DNA from: the human T2T-CHM13v2.0 reference genome, Homo sapiens
Strand: one strand, 5' to 3'
Assembly: GCF_009914755.1 (NCBI RefSeq)
Contig: NC_060929.1
DNA length: 64,000 nt
Shown one piece after another: positions 11,341 through 22,006 of this stretch; positions within the stretch are counted from its first letter, which is position 1, and every line of letters begins with the position of its first letter. A program made the translations under genes and the position numbers. A model generated the notes under the pieces. That model was given only the letters and a program-made list of their open reading frames with translations, did not search any database and had not been told where the DNA came from.

Positions 11341-12174
11341 CTCCTCACTACATTCTTCCTCAGTGGGTCTATGCATAGCAAGAAATGAGCCACGTGCTCC
11401 CCTAGACCCATCTTGCTCTCTCTTTTTCCTCATTGCCTCTGCACCTTTCCTTCCCCTGCCCCTGCCCTTGGGTAGAGCAGGTAAGGATGGTGACTCTGCA
11501 TGTGTCTGCTAGGCCCTACCTCCTTGGACCTTGTGGACCTGTTTTCTGGTGCTCCAGCCCAACTTCCAACCCCAGGCTCACCTGGTGCGTGGCTGAATCA
11601 CACTGGGATTTTGAGAGTATATGCTCATCCCACCTACTCCGGGACCAGACACTTAGATGCTGATTCCTGTTTGAAAATCCTTTAGTGCCAGCCACACTGG
11701 CATGTCCCAAGTTCACAGCCTCTCTGTCCCGTGGCGCTGGTTTTGTGTCTCCTCCCCGGGTGTAGGTTCTTTGTTTGCTTTGACACTCACACACCTCTGA
11801 CCACTGGATCCCTGCTCCTCCACCCGATGGCTGCTTGTCTGGAATGCCCTCACCTGCTCACATGCTTCCTGAGGATGAGGACTTTAAGAAAGAGAGAGAA
11901 ATCAATCGGTCACACTAGAGTTACATCAAAGAAATTCTTTTTAGAAAATCTATTTTTTACTATTTCCAAGGCACTCCTATGACTTCCCATTGGGTTTGGG
12001 GATTTGGGATTTGGAGTATGATGGGAGTATGAAGAAATAAAGGTACCCTTGCCAGGAAAACTCGTCTTTGTTCTTGGGGTGAGGCAATAGGACTGTTCCC
12101 TTTATTTTCCATAAGGCTGGAAAACTCTTCCCGACTCCCCTTGCATTCTCCCAACTGGTGCTGCTCAGGAGGTT

Positions 12175-12433
12175 CCCTCTGCCTCTGTGCCCTTCTCCAC
12201 TGCTCACAACTTAGCTTGTCATTTTAGTTTGGGGCCTCATCGAGGAGCTGGCATCTGTGGGCCCTCACTGCCCCCAAAGGAACAGACAGGTTGGGAGGTA
12301 TCCAACCCTCTGCCTCTGTGCCCTTCTCCACTGCTCACAACTTAGCTTGTCATTTTAGTTTGGGGCCTCATCGAGGAGCTGGCATCTGTGGGCCCTCACT
12401 GCCCCCAAAGGAACAGACAGGTTGGGAGGTATC
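12175..12433. repeat. Perfect tandem duplication, 2 x 128 bp with a 3-nt CAA junction
   Basis: 12175-12302 is identical to 12306-12433. Confidence 0.95.
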
Positions 12434-13372
12434 TATGTCTATGGTACAAACTGGGGCCACTCTCTCCTTGTGCAGCCCAAGCAGGGTCCGAGCCATGTCC
12501 CCTCCTCTCTTCCCATGTGTGTGCCATCCAGAACCCAAGGAGGGCCGAGAGCCCTGCAGTAGCCTGTCAGCAACCCCTTGGCGAGCTGGAGGTACCTCCC
12601 CTGCTCATGGGGATGAAGAGACCCGCCAGAGGTTTCCCATGCTGCAGAGCTCTCTAAGGGAGTAGTTTGCAGGAAAGATTTGGTGCAAAAGAGATCCCAG
12701 ATAAGGGGCTGGCTCAGCTGGAAGGGCAGTTTGCTTCTGGCCCACCTGCCGGCCTTGGCTGGGAGCTGTCCATGTGCTAACACAGACGTGAACACTCAGG
12801 ACACACAGGTCATAACGATGGAGAGATTTGACTTGCTGGGTGTGTTACTGCGTGCCAGTCATGGTGCAGAGTACTTGACATGCATTGACTCACTGAGTGT
12901 GTTAAGTGCAGCTTGAGTGAGGTACAGTTATCACCCCCATCTTACAGAGGAGGATGTCCAGGTGCAGTGGATTAAATGACCCAGTGAGCTCCTGCTGGGG
13001 GAGGCTGAACTGCCTGCTCTCAGGTGCTGAGGAGGATCATAGCCCTTCTGAGGAGCTGGACAGGCACAGGCCTCAACTTCCCAAGGGCAAGCCCACCAGT
13101 TCCCTGCAGAGAAAAATGCTGGTTGCAAGGAGCCTGAGCCAGCCTCAGCATGGGCTATGGAGGTTCATCCAGGTGAGATACAGCTAGCCCCAGAGATGGG
13201 CCTTTCATCCACTTGCAGAGCAGCAGCAGGACTGAGGACTGCCTCTAGCCTGTAGACGCCACTGCCCACAGAATCATGGCCTAGCCCCTTTCCTTGGCAT
13301 TCAGGGTCCTCAGGAGCCAAACTCCAAGCCTTCCAGCTGCCCCTCCTACAGCCATGGGGGCTTTGGGTGAGC

Positions 13373-13481
13373 AAAACTCTTCCCGACTCCCCTTGCATTC
13401 TCCCACCTGGCACTACTCAGGCAGTTCCCTCTGCCTCTGCACCCTTCTCCACTGCTCACAACTTAGCTTGTCTTTTTAGTT
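13373..13481 (+). repeat. Dispersed direct copy of 12121-12229
   Basis: 109-bp ungapped alignment, 9 mismatches by eye. Confidence 0.9.
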
Positions 13482-16400
13482 CCAGCTCAAATGCTGCTCC
13501 TTCCCGAGACTTCTGGGTTCTGCCCTCCAAATTTCCTATGGTCCTGGCCTCTATTTGAGGTCAGGCCTGATGTGAGATTTATGGGTCTCCCCCAGCCCAG
13601 CAGCTGATGTTTGATGACTGCATGATAGAGGAGAATGCCACATGGCAGAAGATGGAGTAGGCTGTCCCCAAACACTGGCTCTTCTGTCACTGTCAGCACT
13701 CAAACTCCTCTGAGTCCCAGGGAGTTTAGCATATAGCAGGTGCTCAGCCAGGCTTTCAGATGGGACCTTGACAGCAGCACGCAGCAGGGTCTCCTCCTAC
13801 ACTCCTACAGAAACCCCTTGATTCCAAACCTCTCCAACCTGGGCTGCCTGGTCCACTGACCTGCCTGGCCTTCAGTCAGGCGGACAGCAGCATTTCCTAT
13901 TCTCAGATGTCCGCAGAGCCAGCCTCAACCCGCAGGTTGACTCTGATGGAAAGAAGCACATATGATTTTCAAGCTGATATCACCGCGGCCCAGAATTTCA
14001 GACTTCTGTGGACCCACAGGACCTTGTCAGGAAAGAAAGGATAGAGGGCAGCCCAGGGCACTGGGATGGTATTGGGGAAGGGATGTTTTCCCCCTGATTA
14101 AACTGTTGCAGGAGTCCTATGAATATGGCACAGTTGGACAGTGTTAGTACCATCACACTGATAGTGGAGAAACTGAGGCAGAAAAGTTAGGGCATTTATG
14201 CAGAGGGGTGGGGGTGGGGGCAAGGGTCTTTGGGAAAGTCACTTCTACTTCCCGAGTCTTGGCTAGGAGGCAGCACTTTTTTTAATAGCATGGACCCTGG
14301 AGTCAAACAGCAGGTGTGACTTCATCATCCTCCACTGACTGCTGTGTGGCTTTAGAGAAACTGCTTGACCTCTCTGGACCTCATTCTTCTCACCTACCCA
14401 AGGAGAACTTGCGTCAGAGAATTCAACAAGATGGTGTAAACGGAGCATGCAGCACTGGGCCAGCTCGGAGCCCTGAGGTGGAAGAAAGCCTGGGACATTC
14501 AAGGCTTCGATAGATCTACACAGGTACAGAGATTGGGGTGTCGCCTCCCATCCAAGCACACAGTACTCAAACACCTTAGATGGGTTCTCATCAAGCTTCT
14601 CCGAGGTTTGCTCTGGCACCTCAGACTCCCCTCTGAGCCTCCTGGGCCAGCATCTCCTCCACGGCCCACACATATACTGAGTGTGGCTGTCTGCCAGCCA
14701 GTGCCAGGCAAACCGGGCCAGGAAACTATCCAGAATGAGCAGCCACGCTTGTCTTTTCCGCCCGAGAGCCTCAAGCGCTGCGCAGCAGCGCCCTCTCCTG
14801 GCGCATCTTGATGAGACCTCCGCAGCTGATATCCCCGTGGCCAAGAATTTCAGACTTCTGCAGACACCACCTAAGAGGAGATCGTCCTTACCTTCCAAAA
14901 AATAGAGGAAGAATTAAGGCCTGGACTTTCCCAAGATGCCCAGAGAGGCAGCAGCAGCACTAGGACCAGAGCCCAGGCAGCCCAGCTTTCCCGCCAGCTG
15001 CTTCACCCCCTCACTTCACAGCCACTTACCTCTGCTTCTTGACTGCCAGCCTCAAGCTGAACAGGTGATGGGCCAGATTCAGTCTGCACATGCTCTGCAC
15101 ATACTTTCCCAAAGTGCCATCAACAAAGGAAGAAATCCTGCTCCCAATGAGAAGCTCGAAAATCGTGTGCTCCTTTTCCTTCCCATCAGAGTCAAGGAGG
15201 GAGCTCAGAGCTCCCGTTGTCTGAGGCCAGTGCAGGAATGATGCAGCTGGGGCAAACACTCAAAGAAGAAAGACAGCACAAGCCCGTGGTCCGGTTTCAT
15301 TAATCCTTTGAACTCGGTCCTGAGTAATTGCTGTCTGCCTGCTCTGTGGCAGAGCCCGAAAATGTCACGGTGGCAGATAGGTCAGACGGGTCCTATCTAT
15401 CTTCCTGGAGCAACCAAGCATTGCACAAGGACTGAGCGGCATGGTGAGAGTTGGAAAAAGAAGCAGGGGTGCCTTGAGAGAGGGCAACCAGGTCGTGACC
15501 TCCTGTGAGGGGCCTGGGGAGGCCTCCTCATGCAGAAGATGCTTTGGTATAGATCTGAAGGAGGTAGGAGTCGGCTATGAGGAGGGCAGGGAGAGGGAGC
15601 TGCAGGTGGAGGGAGTGATCAGTGCAAAAGCTCTGTGGGGGAAATGTGGCTGGTACCTTTGAGGGCCTGAAAGAAGCCGGGCTTCTGTGATGCTCCAGGA
15701 AAGGCCAGGGGGAGTCCTCACACCTGGGAATGATGTGACCACCTCTTCAGCTCTGTCTTGTATCCAGACACCCTCCTTGTCTGCCAGCCACCAGCAGGAC
15801 CTTCAGACTTTTCCCCATGTCTCCTCATTTAAGGCCCAGCGGACTAAGCAGTGACTGACTGCCCATCAGGCCTGCGCCAGGCTCTGCAGGTCCAGTGCAG
15901 AATGAGGCAGTACCCTCTTCTCAGTGGGCTCACAGTCTGGATGGGAAGACAATCAACCACTGAGTCTGACAGCAGAGATACAGATATGCTCAGAATATTC
16001 AGGAAACACAGATGAGATCTAGAAGATACCATGTGGCATAGGGTGATGAGGAAGGCCTTCAAGAAAGGCCTGTCAGGAGGTGACAGCTGAACTGAGTCTT
16101 AAAGAAGAAGGGGGCAGGGATTAGCCAGGGGAGGAGGGAGAGGGTGTTCCCCACAAGGGAATAGCATGTGCGCAGTCACACACATGCACAGAATGTGAGA
16201 CATTGAGGTGCAAAGTGGAAAAGCAGCCAGACCCAGTCCTACTGAGCTACACACAACACACTGGGGAATTGGAATTTATGCTCAAGATCACAGAAAGTCA
16301 TCAAAGTTCACTAAACTGAGCAGATTCAAAGTTTCAGAAGCTCACTGGGGCAGTAGGACAGGGGCAGAGGGACCCAGGAACCCGTGTCCACTGTGATCCA

Positions 16401-19089
16401 GGCAGGGCAGTGGCACAGGGCTGGGCTGAGCCACATTCGGAGACAGCAATGAGGGCTGGGTGTCATTGAGGGGATGGACACTCAGGACTTTGCGGCTGGT
16501 GGGATAAGACCTTGGGAGAGAGAAATGGAGGATGGCATCCAAGGTTCTGTTTTGGGTGGCCACTGGGTGGAGGTGTGTTTCTCTAAGTTGAAGAGGCACT
16601 GGCGGAGGAAGAGAGAGTTCATCGAGGGATGCGCTAAGATGACCCGAGCCACCCAGGTGGAGGTGTTGAGTAGAGGGATGTCTGGACTCTGAAGCAAGGT
16701 GTGGGGGTTATACGCTGAGAGATGGGAGGTACGGGTGGGTGAGGGTCCAGATGGGGCCCTGAGGAATTCACACCTAAGCATGAGAAGGGGCCATGGCACC
16801 AGGGAAGAAGATGAGAAGAGCTGGAGAAGCAGGAGGAAAGCTGGGTGAGGGCAGGAATCTGGAAGCAGAGGGGAGCAGGCGGCATGGGCAGCGCCTTCAC
16901 TGCAGCAGGTCAGGCATGGACAGCTGACCCAGGCCTTTGCTGCCCGAGTGTGGCAGGTGGACATGGGGAGGGGATTGTTGGCTTGCCTGAGAGAGTGGTT
17001 GGGGAGGTGGGAGCTGTGGGGCTGTGTAGACTAAAGGTGCAGCCAGGAGACTCCAAGTTTGGAGAGCCTTCCCTGATTGCTTCCTGTAGAACGATGGACT
17101 CCCTCTCCAGTGCTCTTACAGCCACCTCTGTGTAGCATCTCAGATGGATTGTCTCCTCTCAAACAGAGCCTTTCCCCAAAGCAAGGCACTAGCACAGACT
17201 GATGCTCAGGAAATTGCTGTGGCCTGAAAGGGTAAATAAGAAATGGGGAGTGGGCCACTAGTTAACAAATGCTATCAGCATAGCCCATCTGCATGTCCTG
17301 CTACTGAGGAAAGTGCTCTGAGAGGTCATCATTGGGGAAGGAACTGAGGGAGAAAGAAAATGGGGTTGCTTTCTGGCCCTAGTCATGCAGGGAGTGGATC
17401 TCTGTGGAGTTTCTTTCTCTCTGTAATGGCCAGTAGCTGCCCTGCCCTCTCCCGAGTGTAGAATGCAAATGTGAATGGCAGCACACTGCAAATGGTGCTC
17501 TGAAGTGCGAAGGCCAGGAAGAAGGGATGGCCTGGATCCTGGCCACAGAGCCAGCATTCTGCCTGGGCTCATAGCCCTGTGGTCTGGGATTCTCCAGGCC
17601 TGGCCATGGTTGCTGGTAAACCTAGGGTCCTCCCCTCACTTCCCTGGGTGATGCGCCCCATGGGCAGGTTTGTGGCATGCATATGGGAATGGAGCACAGT
17701 AATTCATTTTGGAAAGCAACCCACTCCTGCTCTGCTCCAGCTCGTTAGTAGTTCAAGCAGCAGCTTTCTGGGCCTGGGAGGCCATCCTGGGCTGCCAGGG
17801 ACACTGCCTGCCAACGTAAGACCTCCTCAATTGGTGCTGACACAGGACTGAGGGGATGACAAACTGCCTGGCACCCCTTAGGTGGTCTTCCAGAGGAGTG
17901 GGTTTTGAGAATTGTCAGGCTTTCCACTTGTGGATGCATTCCAATGGTGAACTCAGTAAAAGGCCACTCTTCAGAGACCTGCATTTCTCATAGCAGCCCT
18001 AGGCATATATCCCGGGCATGACAGGGCACAGCTTGGGGTTGATGCTGATGGCAACTCTGAAGCCTCAAGACTGAGTGGGTCACCATAAGCAGCAGGAAGT
18101 TGAGGTGCCGGGATGGGGTGTGATGCTTCCACTCCTCCCTGGAACTTTGCAATACTTCCCTAGCCAGGCCGGCGACTCCATCCCGGGCTGTCCTCTCCCG
18201 ATACAGGTCCACTCTCTGTGTGCCGGGGCAGGGGAGGGAGTGATGCTGCAGGAAGGTCCCTTCACCTCCAAGTCCCCACTCCTCAGTGGACAGGCCTTTG
18301 TAGGATCAAGCTTCGGTGGTCAGGCTCTGTCTTGCTTTGGAAGAAGGAGGTCTGGCTGGCTGTCGCTTCATATTAACCTGGATGACGTGACATGAATATG
18401 CCCAGTGGGACAAGAGCAGGCCCAGCAGAGGCCCCTTCCTCCTGACCATACCCTTCACCATTCTTGTCAACCTTGGGGTGTCTTGGCTGAGACCCACAGC
18501 TGAGTCCCTGCTGGAAACTAGCAGAACGCTGGGGGGCTTCGAGTCTTCTTAGGAAGGGAGGAAAGACACTCTCATTGTAATCAAAAGCCTCTCCGCACAG
18601 CAGGCCACTTCTCCAGTGAGCACGGACCCCTGGCCTGGGGCCTGGCTGAATGTAGGGTCTGCCTACAGAGAGGGAGTTTGAGGTACAGAGCACCACCTCT
18701 GCCTTCTGTTGGCCCAGGGCGGACAGTGTAGGGTGAGCCAGGGCCAGGCAGGGAGCTGGGCCCCTAGAGAGCTGTAGCTGAAAGTTAGACATGACCCTGA
18801 ACCACCAGGTGCCTGCTCTAGGCACGGGGTACTGAGTGGGACATGGCTGAGATGAACAAAAAGGCATCACTGCCCAGAGTTGGGATGGGAGAGAGTCCAC
18901 AGCTGATTGGAATCAGCATTGTCAGCACAGCACAGTACAGGGAGATACGCGCATTGCAGTCTCTGGATGGGCGGCTGGCACTTTCAGTTCAAAGGCGCTG
19001 AGGCTCTGAAGTTGGCAAGGAAGAGGATAACCCGGAGAAGGGAGGACTAAGAGAATTTCACTTGATGACCCTTGCCTCTTTGTGTCTGG

Positions 19090-19990
19090 GATGAGCCGCG
19101 CGGAGCGCACCCTTATCCACCCAGAGTGCTGTGCCTTTAAGGTCCACTGGGGGCGTGATGTCAGCCGCCCTCCGGCACTTGGAGAGGTGAGCGCGGCAGC
19201 CCGCGCAGCCGGTGACTGGGGGACTGGGTTTGGAGTAGGACCTGCGGCGTGCTCGAGACTCCGACTTCGGTCTTGCGGCGCGCTCGCGCCCGCGGGCCAT
19301 GCCCCACTGACTCTAAGTGGGCACTGCCCCGGCTCCGGGAGGGCGAGACCGAGCGCCGGCCATGGGAAGCTTCCAGCTGGAAGACTTTGCGGCGGGCTGG
19401 ATCGGAGGTGAGTGTGCTTACCGGGGACCCCCGGTCAGAGAGAGCGAGCCTGGCGGAGTTTGCCTCTATGCTCTGAGGAAACTTTGCCTCTGTGCGCTGC
19501 CATCCCGCTCCCCGTTGTGCGCGCAGCCTGCTTTGGGGAGTGCCCGGCCCCGAGATCCCCCTGGTGGTCTTGCAGTTGCCAGGGCTAAATTCTGAGAGCT
19601 TCACAGCGTTTCGGGCTGAGCTTCTGATTTGCTCATTAAGTTAGGATCCGTGGGACTTGATGAGGTAATGATTAAACAGCTCGTCAAAGCCCACAGCCAA
19701 TGGAGGCTCCTGGCGGCGCACACACCCTTCAGTGACCTGGTGCACACCTGAATTGCGGACGTGGCTCGCGGGAACTTATGTATGAGGGTAGCGCTTGGCT
19801 GCTGATCCCGGGGCGCAGGGTGGTGGGAGCCAGGCTTCGAGATTAGGCCGGCCCAACGGGGCGTCCCGACTGGAGGGAGCAGAGCTCTCACAGCAGGGAG
19901 CGGAGCGCCGGCTGCAGGTGCCCATTGCCAGGCTGCGAGGAGCACTTATTGCCTTCAGCCGCCGCCAACCGTCAGCCATCGCCTACCTCC
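19090..19990 (+). promoter_or_regulatory. SLC25A48: CpG island / promoter of SLC25A48
   Basis: Dense CpG (GCGGCGCGCTCGCGCCCGCGGG etc.) spanning exon 1, against CpG-depleted flanks. Boundaries approximate. Confidence 0.85.
19362..19407 (+). CDS. SLC25A48: SLC25A48 coding exon 1 (MGSFQLEDFAAGWIG)
   Basis: Kozak GCCATGG, donor GAG|GTGAGT. Matches the SLC25A48 N-terminus; phase 1. Confidence 0.96.
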
Positions 19991-20192
19991 AAGGCCCCTT
20001 CTCCGGGCACTGTTGGGTCTGCTGATCCCTTCGCCACAGCTCCCGAAGCCACTCTTTTACTGGGCCTGGGATGGGTTGCCTGGGCGAGAGTTGCATTCAT
20101 TTCCTTGCTTCTCCATTTTTCTTTCCAATTGGTCTATCCCTCTTTTCTCAGCTATTAGGAAAGGGGGAAGTTTGAGGGACTTTGCTAATTGT

Positions 20193-20218
20193 AAAAAAAA
20201 AAAAAAAAAAAAAAAAAA
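20193..20218. repeat. Poly(A) tract
   Basis: About 26 consecutive A, with no recognisable Alu/L1 body upstream. Confidence 0.9.
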
Positions 20219-20817
20219 GTCTTTCTTTGGACCCATCTAAAAGGGTTATCCTAAAAGGGATGTTGGCAAATGTAGCCCCTCACCAAAGGGGTGAAAAAAT
20301 AAGATGAAAAGAACAACAAACCAGATTGGATCCCAACTCCTCCCCTCCTACCTAGCAGGAGACCACCTCTCTCCCGAGACCGGTGGCTGCAGGGCCCTGC
20401 TTCACACCTTCCTGAGCAGAGGTGGCTCCTTTCACCTTGAGTAAGTCTGTTGGCACAGATGCCCTTGGGTGGGGCTGAGACCCGCCTCTCCTAACTTTCC
20501 CAGTTAGGGGGCTGCAGCCTGAGGCCCGCTGGGCATATCCAGGTCCTTTTTGACTGGACAATTATTCCACCATTCAGCGGGGCAGGCAGAGAGAGGAGAC
20601 ACTTCCGTGGGCTGCCCCTTAAATAAGCAGACCACCTTCGGTAGGGATGCAAATGGCTTGGTTTGAAAAATGCCCTGGAAGGTAGGGCTGAGTCAGAGTA
20701 GTTCCAAGACTCTGATACCCCTCCCCATCCCCAAACGTGATAACATGTGAACCCTCCCCGACTCACAGCAAGTAGGGGATTTTTGTGCTTTATTCTGGTC
20801 CTTACTTTGGTGATGTT

Positions 20818-20863
20818 ATTGAAAGTAATGGCAAAAATCGCAATTACTTTTGCACCAAACTAA
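20818..20863. mobile_element. Half MADE1 (Hsmar1 mariner MITE), one terminal inverted repeat
   Basis: AAAGTAATGGCAAAAATCGCAATTACTTTTGCACCAAACTAA followed by TA matches the Hsmar1 TIR. Confidence 0.85.
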
Positions 20864-20969
20864 TAACATGGCTTTTTTTTTTTTTGGCTTCCATGAAATG
20901 ATGTTAAGTGTTTACTACACTTGAATACTTACTAGGTGCCAGGTATAGTTTAAGTGCTATATGTATTCT

Positions 20970-21235
20970 TTTAAAACAATTTTATCAAGGTTTATTTTAT
21001 GTATTATAAAATTCACCCATTTCAAATGTACAATTCAATGTCTTTTAGTAATTTTACAAAGAGGTGCAACCATCACCATAAATTTGTTTTAGAACATTTT
21101 CATCCCCCAGTAAGATCCCTCATTTGAAGTTGAATGCTGTTCCCTCTCCTTAATCTCCTTTCTGTAAATTTGCCTTTCCTGTATATGTTATGTCAATTGA
21201 ATCTTGCAATATGTGATCTCTTGTGTCAGTTTATG
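20970..21235 (-). mobile_element. Old L1 3'-end fragment inserted in a MIR
   Basis: AAAATTCACCCATTTCAAATGTACAATTCAATG...GTGCAACCATCACCA...TTTTAGAACATTTTCATC is typical L1M 3'UTR in reverse. Confidence 0.75.
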
Positions 21236-21239
21236 TATA

Positions 21240-21410
21240 GTTCTTTAATTATTATAACAACCCCAAAGAGGTAGGTACCGTTGCATCCTTATTTTACAGA
21301 TGAGGAAACTGAGATACAGAGAAATTCACTGACTTGCCTAAGACCATGCATCTAGCATTGGCACCAGGATTCCAACCCAGGCTGCCTGGCACCAGAATCT
21401 GCCATCTTAA
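21240..21410 (-). mobile_element. MIR SINE
   Basis: ATTTTACAGATGAGGAAACTGAG core. Confidence 0.75.
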
Positions 21411-22006
21411 TTTCATCTTAACTCTTTCTGAACAACCTTGCATAACAAAATTTTGCCCTTTTTTTGATATTATCCCCCCCCCCAACACACACACATTTTG
21501 TTTGAGATTTTACTGGTTTGTGAAGTGCCAAGGTCTGGAAATCACTGACCTTATAATCCCATTTTTTTAAATCTCAAATCCCCTGCTTTCAGATGGGTGG
21601 GCTAATAAGTGGCAGGGAGATGTTGGCCCAAGGCTGGATCTAAGCCTGCCCTGAGCTGAAGGATGTGTGCACTCACTATGGGGGAAGCCATGGAGCCTGA
21701 GGACCAGCGCACCTCCCCCCACTACTGGGAAGGGTTAATTACTGCCATCACCTCTCTGCCTCTGCCCAGTTTAGTAGGTAGGAGGGGATAAGAGGGGACA
21801 GGTGGTTCTGGACCCAGGGAATCATTGTTCTGGGATTAGCTGGTTTCTTTGTCCCTATAAATATCTAATATTCCAGGAGCCCTTAGCTACCTGGTTAAAT
21901 CACCTCTACTAACACAGATATTTCCTTCCTCCTCAGTGTTCTCGGGAATTTGTCTTTGAAGAACAGTTTCCCTTTCAATTTCAGTCACTAACTGCTGCAA
22001 CAAGGC

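Noticed and set aside
14263-14898. 211-aa minus-strand ORF
   Set aside because: Runs through MIR-like sequence, has no recognisable domain or splice support, and its length is compatible with chance in GC-rich DNA.
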